This document shows, in pieces, positions 23,586 to 34,559 of a DNA stretch of 64,000 nt. Source of the stretch: Vicugna vicugna (Eukaryota); the NCBI GenBank assembly GCA_013265495.1, contig MU058009.1, positions 2,296,001 through 2,360,000 of the forward strand. Direction: 5' to 3'. Both the position numbers and the translations under genes were made by a program. Numbering within the stretch: position 1 is the stretch's first letter; each line of letters starts with the position of its first letter. A model generated the notes under the pieces. The model saw nothing but the letters and a program-made list of their open reading frames with translations, did no database searches and was not told where the DNA came from.

Positions 23586-25879
23586 ACCAATAAATAAAGA
23601 AGGAATGATAAAATCAGAAAGGTGCTGTGGCCAAGAGCAGTGAGGGCCTCCACCCAAATGCTCCTAAAACACTCCAGGCTTCCAGAAAGACAGAATCCAC
23701 CGTGTCTGAGTGACTTCAAGCCATGAGGGAGCCCTGAGCACTGCAAGGCCTGCACGTGGCCTTGACCTCTCCCTCGGGCATCTGAAGCTAAATAATTGCT
23801 TCCAGAGTATTGAGCGGACCAGAGAGCTCGGTGTGGCAGAAAGAGCACAGGATTTGGTTGAACCTTAGCTTTGAATTTGTCTCTGACCCAACCACGTGCC
23901 TTCTCCCTCCTGTTTCAGGGGCCTCTGTTTTCCCTTTCAATGGCTCACGTGCCTCAGGAAGAGGGGCCGCGTGTGCGCCGGCCTGCGAGCGCCCCAGTGC
24001 AGACGCAGCTGGAGCGGGAATGGGGGTAGTCGGGAGGTTCCTTCAGGGGGTGAGTCTTACCGAGGACGCTCACCCCGGATACCACAGACATGCCAAGGCT
24101 CCCCCGGGGGCCGCCAGCACGTCCCCAGCCACCTGGCGGCCCTCACGGAAGCCTCTGCCTCCTCTGGGCTTGGCCTCCTTGGCCCCCACCTCAGGCCTTT
24201 GGGGAGAGGCTGACATTCACTAACAAAGGGGTTCTTTGAGGAGCCTGGGAGCTCAGAAAGAAAAACACGAGCCTGACTCCCCACCTGCCTGCTTGGCTGC
24301 TGTGTAAGAGCTGGGGTGGGGCTGGGGGGGGCCAGGCAGAGCGGCTCACAGCGGCCGTCAGTCCCTCTCCCACTGGTTCTCCCTGGGACCAGACAAAGGA
24401 GGGACAGGGAGTGGGAAGAGGGCGGAGGCCACAAACAAAAACTAATTAACACTGTCTATTTTTCTTTCTCTTTCTAAAGGTAATCTCTTAATCCTAAGAG
24501 CTGGGACCGTGTGCTCCCTTGTCTATCACCAGAAAGGGGAGGGTCAGGAGGAAGCCATGGTGTGCAAGGCCTCACCTGTTAGACTTTTCTCAATGGCTCT
24601 TTGTGTGGCAACCTCCTGTGAAGGGCAGGAGGCCTTCTAGGCTCTGACAGCCGTGGCCAAGGAGGGCCACCACCAGGAAAGCCGTGACGTGGACAGACTG
24701 GGAACTGCAGGGAAACCGGCAGGTCAGGACTTGAGTCACCAAGGGAAAAGGAGGGGGCGCAGTTGCCCCTCAGCTGTTATCCAGATCATATCCTCCACTC
24801 CGTCGGCGGGTTTCTCCCCATGTCCCATCACGCTCCACCCTCTCTCTGCCTCCACCCCATCACCACTGCAGAGATAAAGAAACCAGAGGCCCTGAAACTA
24901 GCAGTTTCTTTTTGAGGTCTTTTTGTCCAGGCTTCTCCACAATGAAGACAGGAAAGCCTTCACTGTCCTGGTCTCCATCATTTGGAACTGGGGAGAAGGA
25001 AGAAGAAAAGAGATGCCTGGAAAGGAAACAGGAAAAGTAATTTGGAACCAGTTGGAAACTGGGAAACTACTCATATTCTTCACGTAAGTAAACGGACCAC
25101 CACTCATTCAGTTGGTTCAGCCAGACGCTGGGCGTCACTGATCACGTCACTGATCCCTTTCCCTCATGCCCCCTGAGGCCACGGCGAAGGGTCCAGGTCA
25201 CTGCGGCCTCCTGCCTGGGCTGCTGTGATGGTCTTAACTGATCTCTTGCTCTAACACACTGATGTTCTTCAACTTCACTTGCAGATCACAACCAGAATTT
25301 CCTTTCTACTGCACAACTTGAGCATGTTTCTTCCCTGCTTCAATGGCTCCCTGTTGCTCTTAGACTGATTTGCAAACTCCTGAGCACAGCATTCAAGGTT
25401 CTCCAGGATCATCAGGCCGCTGCTTCTCCCATGTTCCCCCAGCAGGCAAAGCCCATCCTGAGCCAGCGTGACATGAGGGACGTGGTACATCCTGCCTGGG
25501 CCGTCCCTTTCCCTACTCTGGCTGACTCTCAGCTGTCCTTTGGGTCTCAGGTGGGTTGTCCTTTCTTCTGGGCACTCCCCTGACCCTCCTGTACTGGGTT
25601 GGGCACCTCTCCAGTGGCCCCCCATGATCTCTACTTGCTTCCATGGTGGGAACTACCCCACTGCCCACAACTGTCTTCTGGATCAGGCTGCAGGCTCTTT
25701 GGAGGGGCTTGCGGAGGTAGAGCGGAAAGGCCTTCTCCATGTTTTTAATTTGCATGAATTCAACTGTAAGACCACGTTAAAGAGAGAGAAAGAATGAGGG
25801 AGGGATGGCTGAGAGGCGAAACTGAGGCTATTAACTAGGTACTTATATAACCATTTAAGACGTAAACATTTAAAACTAT

Positions 25880-26478
25880 AAGATTCGTGCACCCCCATGT
25901 TCACAGCAGCACCATATACAATAGCCAGGACATGCAAGCAACCTACACGTCCCTCACAGAGGGCTGGACAAAGAAGCTGTGGTGCATTTATACAATGGAG
26001 CACTACTCAGCCATAAAGAAGAAGAAAATAATGCCATTTGCAGCAACATGGATGAACTTGGAGATTGTCATACTAAAGTGAAGTAAGTCAGAAAGGGTAA
26101 GATTAATATCATATGCTATCACTTAAATGTGGAAACTAAAAAAATGACCCAAATGGACTTATTTACAAAACAGAAACAGACTTACTGACATGGAAAAGAA
26201 ACTTATGGTTACTGGAGGAAAAGGGGGAGGGGAGGGATAAATTGGCAGTTTGGGATTAGCAGATACACACTACTATATATAAAATAGATAAACAACAAGG
26301 TCCTACTGTACAGCACGGGGAGCTATATTCAATACCTTGTGATAACCTATAATGAAAGAGTATGAAAAGGAATATATATATATATATGTATATATAATTG
26401 AAACACTGTGCTGTACACCAGAAATTGACACATCGCAAACTGACTGTACTTCAATAAAAAAAATAAATTTAAAAAAAA
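25880..26478 (+). mobile_element. Cetartiodactyl-type L1 3' end, 5'-truncated
   Basis: ORF2 C-terminus ([33 protein letters not shown]), 3' UTR with aaacaacaaggtcctactgtacagcac, and an A-rich tail. Confidence 0.93.
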
Positions 26479-27699
26479 GCATGAAGGAGGGAGCAATGGA
26501 GAATTGCTGTTCCACTGGCACAAGCAGTCCTGAGTGATTTCCACTGAGCAGCAATCAGCCTACATGTGCCCCCCACACAGCATCTTGGCGAGACACATGC
26601 AGATCCCTGCTTCAAGGTTCTGTTTGTTTGTTTTTGTTTTGTTTTACAGTACATGGTCACTAGACATAACCCACGGGCATCATCTAGCGAGGAAGCAGCA
26701 ATAGGTCCCAACACAGGTGGCGGCGCTGGGGACCTTGGACTTACAGAGACACTGGCTTCCATTCCCTAATACAGTAGTGAATCCTTAAGAGATTTCCAAG
26801 GCTGATCGATGCTATATTTAATTTTTGCATTTTGTGTGACTTTAGAATGAACACCCCTGAAAAATACAACTCCCCTTGATCAGCCAAGCTTGCCCCCCTT
26901 CTCCTGGCAAACACATCCTCATCCCATCTGTACGGCTATTCCAGGAGCTGTCATGTTCTCACCTGACCCAGCGAGGACAAGTGTCTTCTCCTCCAAGACT
27001 ATATTAATAGTATTAATATATTATTCTCCAAGATTATTATTAATGCAATTATCTTCTTCAAGACTTAACAATAATTGAGATCCAGATAATTAAAGCTGTA
27101 TCCTCTCTCGCAGGTGAAGCTGTAGGATGAAATACTAAAGGGGCATGTTTTTCAGCACATGGCAAAAGCTAGTCCACTGAAAGGAGCAGACGAGATGGAG
27201 AGGGAAGTGACTGAAAACGGCAGAGGCTGGTTCAGCAGCTGTGTGCTTCCTATCACTGGACGGTCATTCGCGAAGTCTGCTGGGGGAGGGGGTGGTTACT
27301 ACTAGTTGGCTGTATACCTTCTTGGTGCTGATGTTGGGCATATGAGGAAGGACGGCTGCCCTGGTGAGCTTTAAGCCAGAGTCTGTGTGACTCCAGGGGG
27401 TGTGAGAACAGGTGTGGGGCAGTTAAGCAGGAGGGACGGGGAGGAGGGGGAAAGGAAGAACGGTGGGTGAGGGTGGGAGAAGAGTGAGTTCGCTGTGGCA
27501 GAGATGAGGTAGAGTGAATTAAGACACAAATATTTAGCCAAAGATCTAACCTAGGCTGGACAGTTAGGAAATGGAGGAAACGTGCCAAAGAGCAGCTAAT
27601 GACCCCACAGCGATGCAGCTGCCAAAGTGGCAGAGCCCAGATCTGCTGCCATCTGTGTGACTCCAAGGTCCACGCTTATCAGTCACCTGGTCTCCTCCC

Positions 27700-27830
27700 T
27701 TCTTACAACAGATGAAGACAGTGAGGCTTGGAGAAATGACGTGACTTGCCCAAGGACACCAAGATACTCCCGCAAAACCAAGCCGAGAACCACCAAAACC
27801 CAGTCAAATCCTCCTTCCAGGCCGTTTGTG
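27700..27830 (-). mobile_element. MIR SINE fragment
   Basis: acagatgaagacagtgaggcttggagaaatgacgtgacttgcccaagg. Confidence 0.65.
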
Positions 27831-29084
27831 GCCTCCTGTGACAGCCAAAGAGGAGGAGGGAGGAGTTACTGAATCCCTGCAAGGCCCTGAAAAAGCCTCT
27901 TCCCTCACCGGGGCCCGTCACCTCCTCAGTGAACTAGGGAGGATACTGACAAGGTGTCACGGGCAGCGAGAGACTCCTGGGAAACACAACCCCCTGACGA
28001 GGAGAGTCCGAGCAACTGCTTGCTTGTCGACTTAGCAGGGCAGGGCAGGATTAACTTGATCTCAAAGGATCAGGGTGAAAACAAAGGTGTAATTGTTATT
28101 ACAATAATGATAATCACTTATTAATCTGCAGATCCAGATGTTACCCCGCCCTCGAGTGGCTCACCTGTTATGATTGGGGATAAGCCAGCGGTGAGGTGGG
28201 GACGGGAAGGAGGAGTAACTGCCCAGCGAGGGACAGAAGGTAGAAAAACAAACTGGAGAAAGCAAGCACGCTCGTGTGGAAGGCTGGCGAGAGTCTGACA
28301 GGCCGGAAACTTTACAGTAAGTCGTACGCTATTTCCACTGGGGAGATTTTTCAGTGGAGCCCAAATTTCTCATTTTTCTTATTAGGAACTAAAGACAAGG
28401 ATGTTAAGTGAACTGCCTACGATCACCTAGCTTGTCAGTGACAGAACGTGAACTAGAACTTGGGTCCTTTGACACTTAGTTCAGTGCTGGTCCAGTAAGA
28501 GCCCACATGGGTCCTGGAGAATGCAGCATGTGGAGGTGAGAAAGACTGGACGAAAAGGCGTTAGGATGCTGGGCAAAGGGGCTAGTCCCCCAGGATCAAA
28601 TGCCCATCTTTGTGTTCCATCGACGTCCCTCCCCCAGTGCATTTCACAAAGTGCAAGGGGGCCCAAGTGTGAGAATAGCCCTCAAACTCCAAATGTGAGG
28701 CTGCTCCAGGCCAAGCTGGCCTACCAGAGTGGCCGAGAAACCGCTGGCCCTCAGGGAGATGACGTGGCGTTGCCACTGCAGCGTCTTCACTTCTCCAGAA
28801 GTGAGAATCCACATAACGCAGGACGAAAACAAAAGATGTCAAGAGCAAATGCCTTCTAGTAACTGTTTTCCGCCCTGGAGTCAAACAGCATCAGGTCCCC
28901 CCTCTACATGTTCTCCCGGTAACTCGCGCCTCTTCTTGGCAGCACCTACCACCACAGGGGTTTTACCGGGAGCTACGTGATGAGTGACTACCTGCCTCCC
29001 TTGCTAGATGGCAACGCGGTCAGGGCAGGCAAGCCCCCCGGTTCTGTCACCACTCTGTCTTTGATTCCTGGCATGGAGTTTCAC

Positions 29085-29900
29085 TATAGGGAACAGACAA
29101 GATGCGCCACCCAGACCCCTCTCAAGGGGAACACAGACAGCAGACAGCAGACAGCCTCCAGCAGTCAGCAACTTCAGGGTCCACCTCGGCTGCCGAGAGC
29201 AGCGACTCTGAAGGTCATACCTTTCGCAGGGGGCGGTCCACATTTGGTGACTGAGTGAAACAGGAGGTGGTGGACTGAATGGTGGCCCCCAAAAGATGCC
29301 CTAACCCCCCAGAACTTGTGAATGAGACCTTATTTGGAAATAAGGATGTAATTAAGTTAAGGATTTTGAAATGAAGTCATTTTGGATTTAGAGTGGGCCT
29401 TAAATCCAGTGACAGATGTCCTTATAAGAAAAAGGCAGAGAAAGACTTGAGATTGAGACACAGAGAAGCCCCACGAAGACAGAGGCAGAGGCTGGCGTGA
29501 TGCAGCCACAAGTCAGGGAACATCTGGCGCCTCCAGAAGATGAAGGAGGCGAGGAAGGGTGCTCCCCCCGGAGCGCTGGGGAGGGGGCACGGCCCTGCTG
29601 ACGCCTTGCTGTCGGACTTGTGGCCTCCTGAACTGAGGGAATAAATTCTGTTGCTGTCACTGGCCACAGCACCCCTAGGAAATGAAGACACAGGGGCATA
29701 AAGGGCTCCATCTGGGCCACTGTCGCATGGCCACTGAGGGGCTCCCGCTGCAGAGTTCTCCGCTGGCGCCTGAGGTTCTGTCGGGCCTGAATCACGTTCA
29801 ACTTTTCTTTCTTCCTCCTCTAGCAGAGTTCGGTCCCTACTAAACATCGCACACTCCAAACTCTGCCTCACGGACTGCTTCCAGAGAACCCAGCATGACA
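29085..29900 (+). mobile_element. LTR16-like ERVL LTR, split by an MLT1 insertion
   Basis: Left part gatgcgccacccagacccct...aaggtcatacc...ggggcggtccacat. Right part cataaagggctcc...ctctgcctcacggactgcttccagagaacccagcatgaca. Confidence 0.6.
29268..29692 (+). mobile_element. MLT1B/C-like MaLR solo LTR
   Basis: tggactgaatggtggcccccaaaagat...gtgaatgagaccttatttggaaataagg...gtgatgcagccacaag...ggccctgctgacgccttg...ctaggaaatgaagacaca. Confidence 0.9.
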
Positions 29901-30154
29901 TACTATAATAAAACATCTGTTAAATAAATAAATTACGTAGACAGTTCCTGGAAGGCAAGAACTGTGTCTTATTTATGTTTATGCGTTAAAGCCCAGCACA
30001 GGGTCTCACACATGATACATGTTCAGTAACAATTTCTTAAGTGAAAGAAAGAATGCATTAACACATAAATAGATCAAACTGAACCTACAGAGTTGAATTT
30101 TGGCAAAATACTTTTGTGTATTTCTTGCGAGCCTACCCTGAGGAAGGAAGAACA

Positions 30155-30190
30155 GAAAGAAAGAAGGAAGGAAGGAAGGAAGGAGGGAGA
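30155..30190. repeat. (GAAA)/(GGAA)n simple repeat
   Basis: aaagaaagaaggaaggaaggaaggaaggagggaga. Confidence 0.8.
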
Positions 30191-31639
30191 GGACTCGGGG
30201 TGGCTTGCTGTGTCAGGAACTCGGCTAAGCACTGCCTTCAGGCCCCTATGAGGCTGGGGGCGCAGAGGACACCAGCTCCACAAAGCCGGCTTTCCCTCGG
30301 GGGCAGCACTTCTGTTCTTGCAGAGCTGAGACCCTCCCTGTCGGCATGCAGAAATGACCTCCCACCCGGTCCCCAGCCATTCTGACACAAATCCTTACGG
30401 ATAAGCGTTTTTAGTGCAAAGAGCAGAAATAAAACAGAAGGGACGTGTTCAGACAAGGCAGCGGAATGCAGGTGAAGGGGAGAGAAGTGCCACTGTTCTC
30501 AGCAGCTGAGAAGTCTCTGCGGAGGCGACGCGACCTCGGAACGCCTCTCCCCGCCGCGTGTCTCAGGGGAACGGGGCCTCGGAGGTCGCCCGCTGCAGCG
30601 TCTTCTTCTACTGGTGGAGAAACTGCAGCTCAGGGACAGCGAGGGACTTGCTCAAGGTCCTGCTGCCAGGTGTGCGGCACAACGAGGCCAGAACCTCGGA
30701 GTCCTTCCCCACAAATCTGAGCGGGGCAGCAGGAAGGAAGGACTGAAGGGGCGGGAGGAAGTGGGGGACGAGGGGGCGCTGGCACAGTGAACAGGTTTCA
30801 ACGTACGCAGCGGGAAGGAAGTCGCCAGGCTCAGCCAGGTGCTGTGGGCAGACGGGACCACTCACTCCCTGTAACAGCTGGGAGAGGCCAAGTCTGCTGT
30901 CTTCACTCAGCATCTGGGATGGTGAACTCGGGTGCGTCTCCCAAGTAAACGGCAGAGCCAGGATTCAGGCTCGTCTGTCTGACTCCAAAAACCATACTTT
31001 TCCAGGACAGCATGTTACAAGGGAGAAGGGTGAGAATAAAGTGTAAAGTCAAATGATGGACAGACGGGGAAAGTTTAAGGGAAAAGAAGTATTGGTTTTG
31101 GAACTACAGTGGAAGGAGTCCCGTTTAGCAGTCAGGAAGTCTGAGCTCCCATCTTCGTGAGGCTGAATAATCATTACGTTTCTCTGGCCTCGGTTTCCGC
31201 ATTTGTAAATGGCTACACGGGTCCCAGGTGCAACCATGATTTTATCACAGACTTCACGTGCGGCTAAGTGGGAAAGCCTTGGTCTCTCCTGCCTCAAACT
31301 GTCCTCACACATCATTCATCGTTATTTGCAACACCATTCTCCACGAGAGGACACTGGCAATCCAGCCTCATCAGGACCTTATCTGCCAACGACAACTACG
31401 TTATAGGACATTACTGGCAGCCCAGAACCCACCCTGGGCCGTTTCAGAGTCTTCCTCCCTCTCTAAAGGTGTCTTGACTTTGACCACCATTAACTGGCTT
31501 TGCCTGTTGGTAGGTAGCTGGTTTTTGTTCCCCTCACTGGCTTGCTTTCTATACTGGGTCCTTGGAAAATCTGGGGCAGGGGTGTGTGTGTCTCATTGAC
31601 TCAGGGCTCTTGCTTTCCTGTTTCTTTTTTCTGAACAAG

Positions 31640-32110
31640 TCAGTACTAAAGCCATCAAGAGGGCTGAGCAGGGTCAGGCATCCATGCAGGGGCGTGGGGC
31701 AGGCATGAGGGAGCCGCAGTGGCCCAGAGCAGTCAGGCTGAGCAGGATAAGGAGGTGTCCATGTGGGGAAGGGGTGACCCAGCACAGGCTGCCCGAGTCC
31801 GAGGTGGGTAAGGACACCTGCACAGGAGGGGAAGCAGGGGCCGCACCTGGAGGCTGGCTGGATGCAGCGGGACTGGCCAAATAAGCAAATATATTAAGTA
31901 CAACAGGAATGAGTTTTTCACTGTTGTAGAAGGCAGTTACAAACAAGGGAAGGGAGAAAAACAGAATAAACCCTGTGGTGTCAGCCTGAAATGGAAGTAC
32001 GGGTATGAATTCATGGTTGTCAACAGATAGATTTAGAAATAAAAGGTCCCTTCTCTGACCCAGAGAGCTTTTGTCAGGATAGAGAAATAAACACAGATAC
32101 AGAAAGTTAA
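31640..32110 (+). mobile_element. L1MC4-like 3' region
   Basis: ccaaataagcaaatatattaag...tttttcactgttgtagaaggcagttacaaa...agaataaaccctgtggtgt...gtatgaattcatggtt. Confidence 0.75.
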
Positions 32111-33475
32111 CAAAAGTTATCTGTCCTGTGCCTCTGTTGCCTGTCTTTCTAGAGTTGTCTGTGATAATAACAATGCCATTATTATCAACAGTAACAGTCA
32201 CATTTATTGAGCATTTCCTCTCTCTCAGGCACAGGACTAAAGGCTGTAATCTGCCCAAGGCCACACACCTGACCAGCGGCGGAGCCGAGGAGAGTAGACA
32301 GCTTTGCCACGGTGACACTGCACTGGGCTGGCTGCTTTATGTGGAGCAAGGCTGGGATGGAGATTTTGGACAAAGCACAGGTGAGCAGGCAGGGGTGCCA
32401 AGTCACAGACGGAGGAAGCCGACAGAAAGGGGAGCTTTCTCTGTGGGACCTGATTCCCCACTAGCTAAGCTGATGGCTTTTGCATTTTCTTGCCATGAGG
32501 TTCTCCAGTAACGAGACAAATTACTATGTCAGCCCTCCCTTTGCCAGCAGACAAAGATGCCAACCCTGCCAGACGGTCTCCTGCGGCTTTCCTTGCTGCT
32601 CCAGGCCAGACGCAGGCTGTCCCGTGAGCAGGAGCCACAAGCTGAGCTGGACTCCCAGTGTGGGGCCTCGGCGGGACCTCAGAGTGGCCTCCAGCGGGGT
32701 GACTGGGTGTCAGAGAAAGTAAGCAGACTGAATGGCGCGCCCTCGCCTCATCTGCTCTTCCCTCTCCTCCTGGACCTTACAGACTTCATTGAACTGTCTC
32801 CAGGCTGAACGCAGGGAGCCCGCCTTACGCCCAAGGCCCAGTGCCGGCAGCTCCTGTTCCCGCACGGACAGCATCCTCCCTCGCCTCTGCACGTCTGCCT
32901 TCCCCTTCCTCAACTCCATCCTCCATCGAGTCTGCTGCTCAGGGAAGCCCTCCCTTAATTCTCTAACAATTTCCTCTGGCACAGAGTCCGAAAGAGGCTG
33001 AACTTCACACTTGAGATCCAGACCAATGGCTCCACGTGTGCAGGGCTGAGTGAGCGCCTAACCAGGGCAGCGGGTGCTGGCGACCAAGACAGGAAGGGAG
33101 ACGTGGGCCAGCCTCACGGAGGTGACGAGAGCAGGGAACACAAAGTAAACAAAGAATTCCAAGTAGGAGAGTCAAGACGGGGAAGCGAGGAGCATGTGAG
33201 CGCAGACAACAAAGGAACTTATCCAAATCAAAGGATTCGGGGAAAGCCTGCCAGATGCTTAATTTTCTTACTCTTTAGTCACTTTGTGCTTGGAAGTCTA
33301 GTCTTCTCAACACACTGCATGTGCTTCAAGACCAAGAGCCACACCTGACTTAGCGCCAACATCCTTAATAGCTGTTAGTCCACGAGAAACCAACAGAAAA
33401 CACTGGCTTGTCTGAACACCGCGAAGGTGAGCGGTGTGCACGGGGGCCACCGTGCAGCCGCCTTGCAACTCAAAA

Positions 33476-34210
33476 TGTTGCGGAAAAACATGTTACAGCT
33501 GGGTGTTACAGCTCACTGGGTCCGGGCGACAGACCAAACAGCACTCGCAGACTTACAGAACTCAGTTTTATTACCCCACCGACCCTAGACAAGTTAACAC
33601 TTCAAGCTTTGGACCCCATCTGTAGGCTTACACAGGCCTTTTATAGGCTGCCAGTTTTACACTTTGCAACATCATATGCAAATAAAGTACAACAGAAGTT
33701 GACCAACTAGGAACAAGCTTTGTAGAAATAGACCAATCAGGAGTCAGCTCTATGCAAATGAAGTACTACAAATGGACCAATCAGAAGTTAGGGAAGTAGG
33801 CCAATCAGAAGTGAGAGTAATAACCAATCAGAAGTGAGAGTAATAGCCAATCAGGAGTGAAGGAAATATCAGAAGTGAGCTCAGGGAACCAATAGAATTC
33901 TAGGTGTAAGTTAGCCGCTTTAGAGGCAAAAGGTGAGATAGAGCCTCTGGGCCAGGGAACCGACGGTTCTAAGAGGAGAGCAGCAGCCCTGCCCAGGGGT
34001 CCTGCCGGTCTTTTTGTGGGGCTTCCCGCCTCAACAAGGAAGAAAATATTTTTATATTCTGCATAAATTTTGCTGCCCCAGGTCCTCTGCCTCACTTCCT
34101 ACCTTAGTTTCCTCTCGTTGCGCCGCCCTGGCATTGGCCTAGGAGGAGGCCCAACCCCAAATAAAAAGCAAACGTGGACCCTGCACAAACCCGCGTGCAG
34201 GTCACCAACA
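33476..34210 (-). mobile_element. Young ERV solo LTR (gamma/ERV1-like) with intact promoter motifs
   Basis: TGTTG...CAACA inverted termini (33476-33480, 34206-34210) flanked by caaaa/gaaaa. Read on the minus strand: six CCAAT boxes, two octamers, TATAAAA (33639-33645), AATAAA (33567-33572), duplicated agctgtaaca. The right boundary could instead be 34036. Confidence 0.8.
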
Positions 34211-34559
34211 GAAAAGTTCAAGGACTCCGAATCCAGCAGCCTGAGCTGAAGGCAGAAATGCTGACTTTCTTCCTGAAAAGCCCACTATCAATTCACTTTA
34301 ACAAAATTACTCTCATTCAGCGTTAGTGACAATTACACTTGTGCTCAGAAGCATGTACGCACTGGGACGGTACGTGGGTAGCTGGGGTGCAGTCAGCCCG
34401 TCGGGGAGCTTACAGTCAGGAAGGGACCCAGTCAGAGATGATGACAATAATGACAGTCTCCAGCAAGTGGACTACCCCGGTGCCAGGTGCCGAGGGCCCT
34501 GTGCCTGTCAGCTTCCCTGTCACCCCATCCTCCCGGCGAGGTTTCAGTGTTCCCATTTT

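Noticed and set aside
24125..24143. CTCF-like core (minus strand ggccgccaggtggc; similar at ~47185 and ~57383)
   Set aside because: Partial matches are expected by chance in GC-rich DNA; cannot be supported without PWM scoring or ChIP.
31674..32318. 214-aa minus-strand ORF
   Set aside because: Reads antisense through an L1MC4-like fragment and a MIR; chance open frame.
33777..33893. Regularly spaced 23-bp repeats as a CRISPR-like array
   Set aside because: No unique spacers, eukaryotic context, and located in an LTR U3 region.
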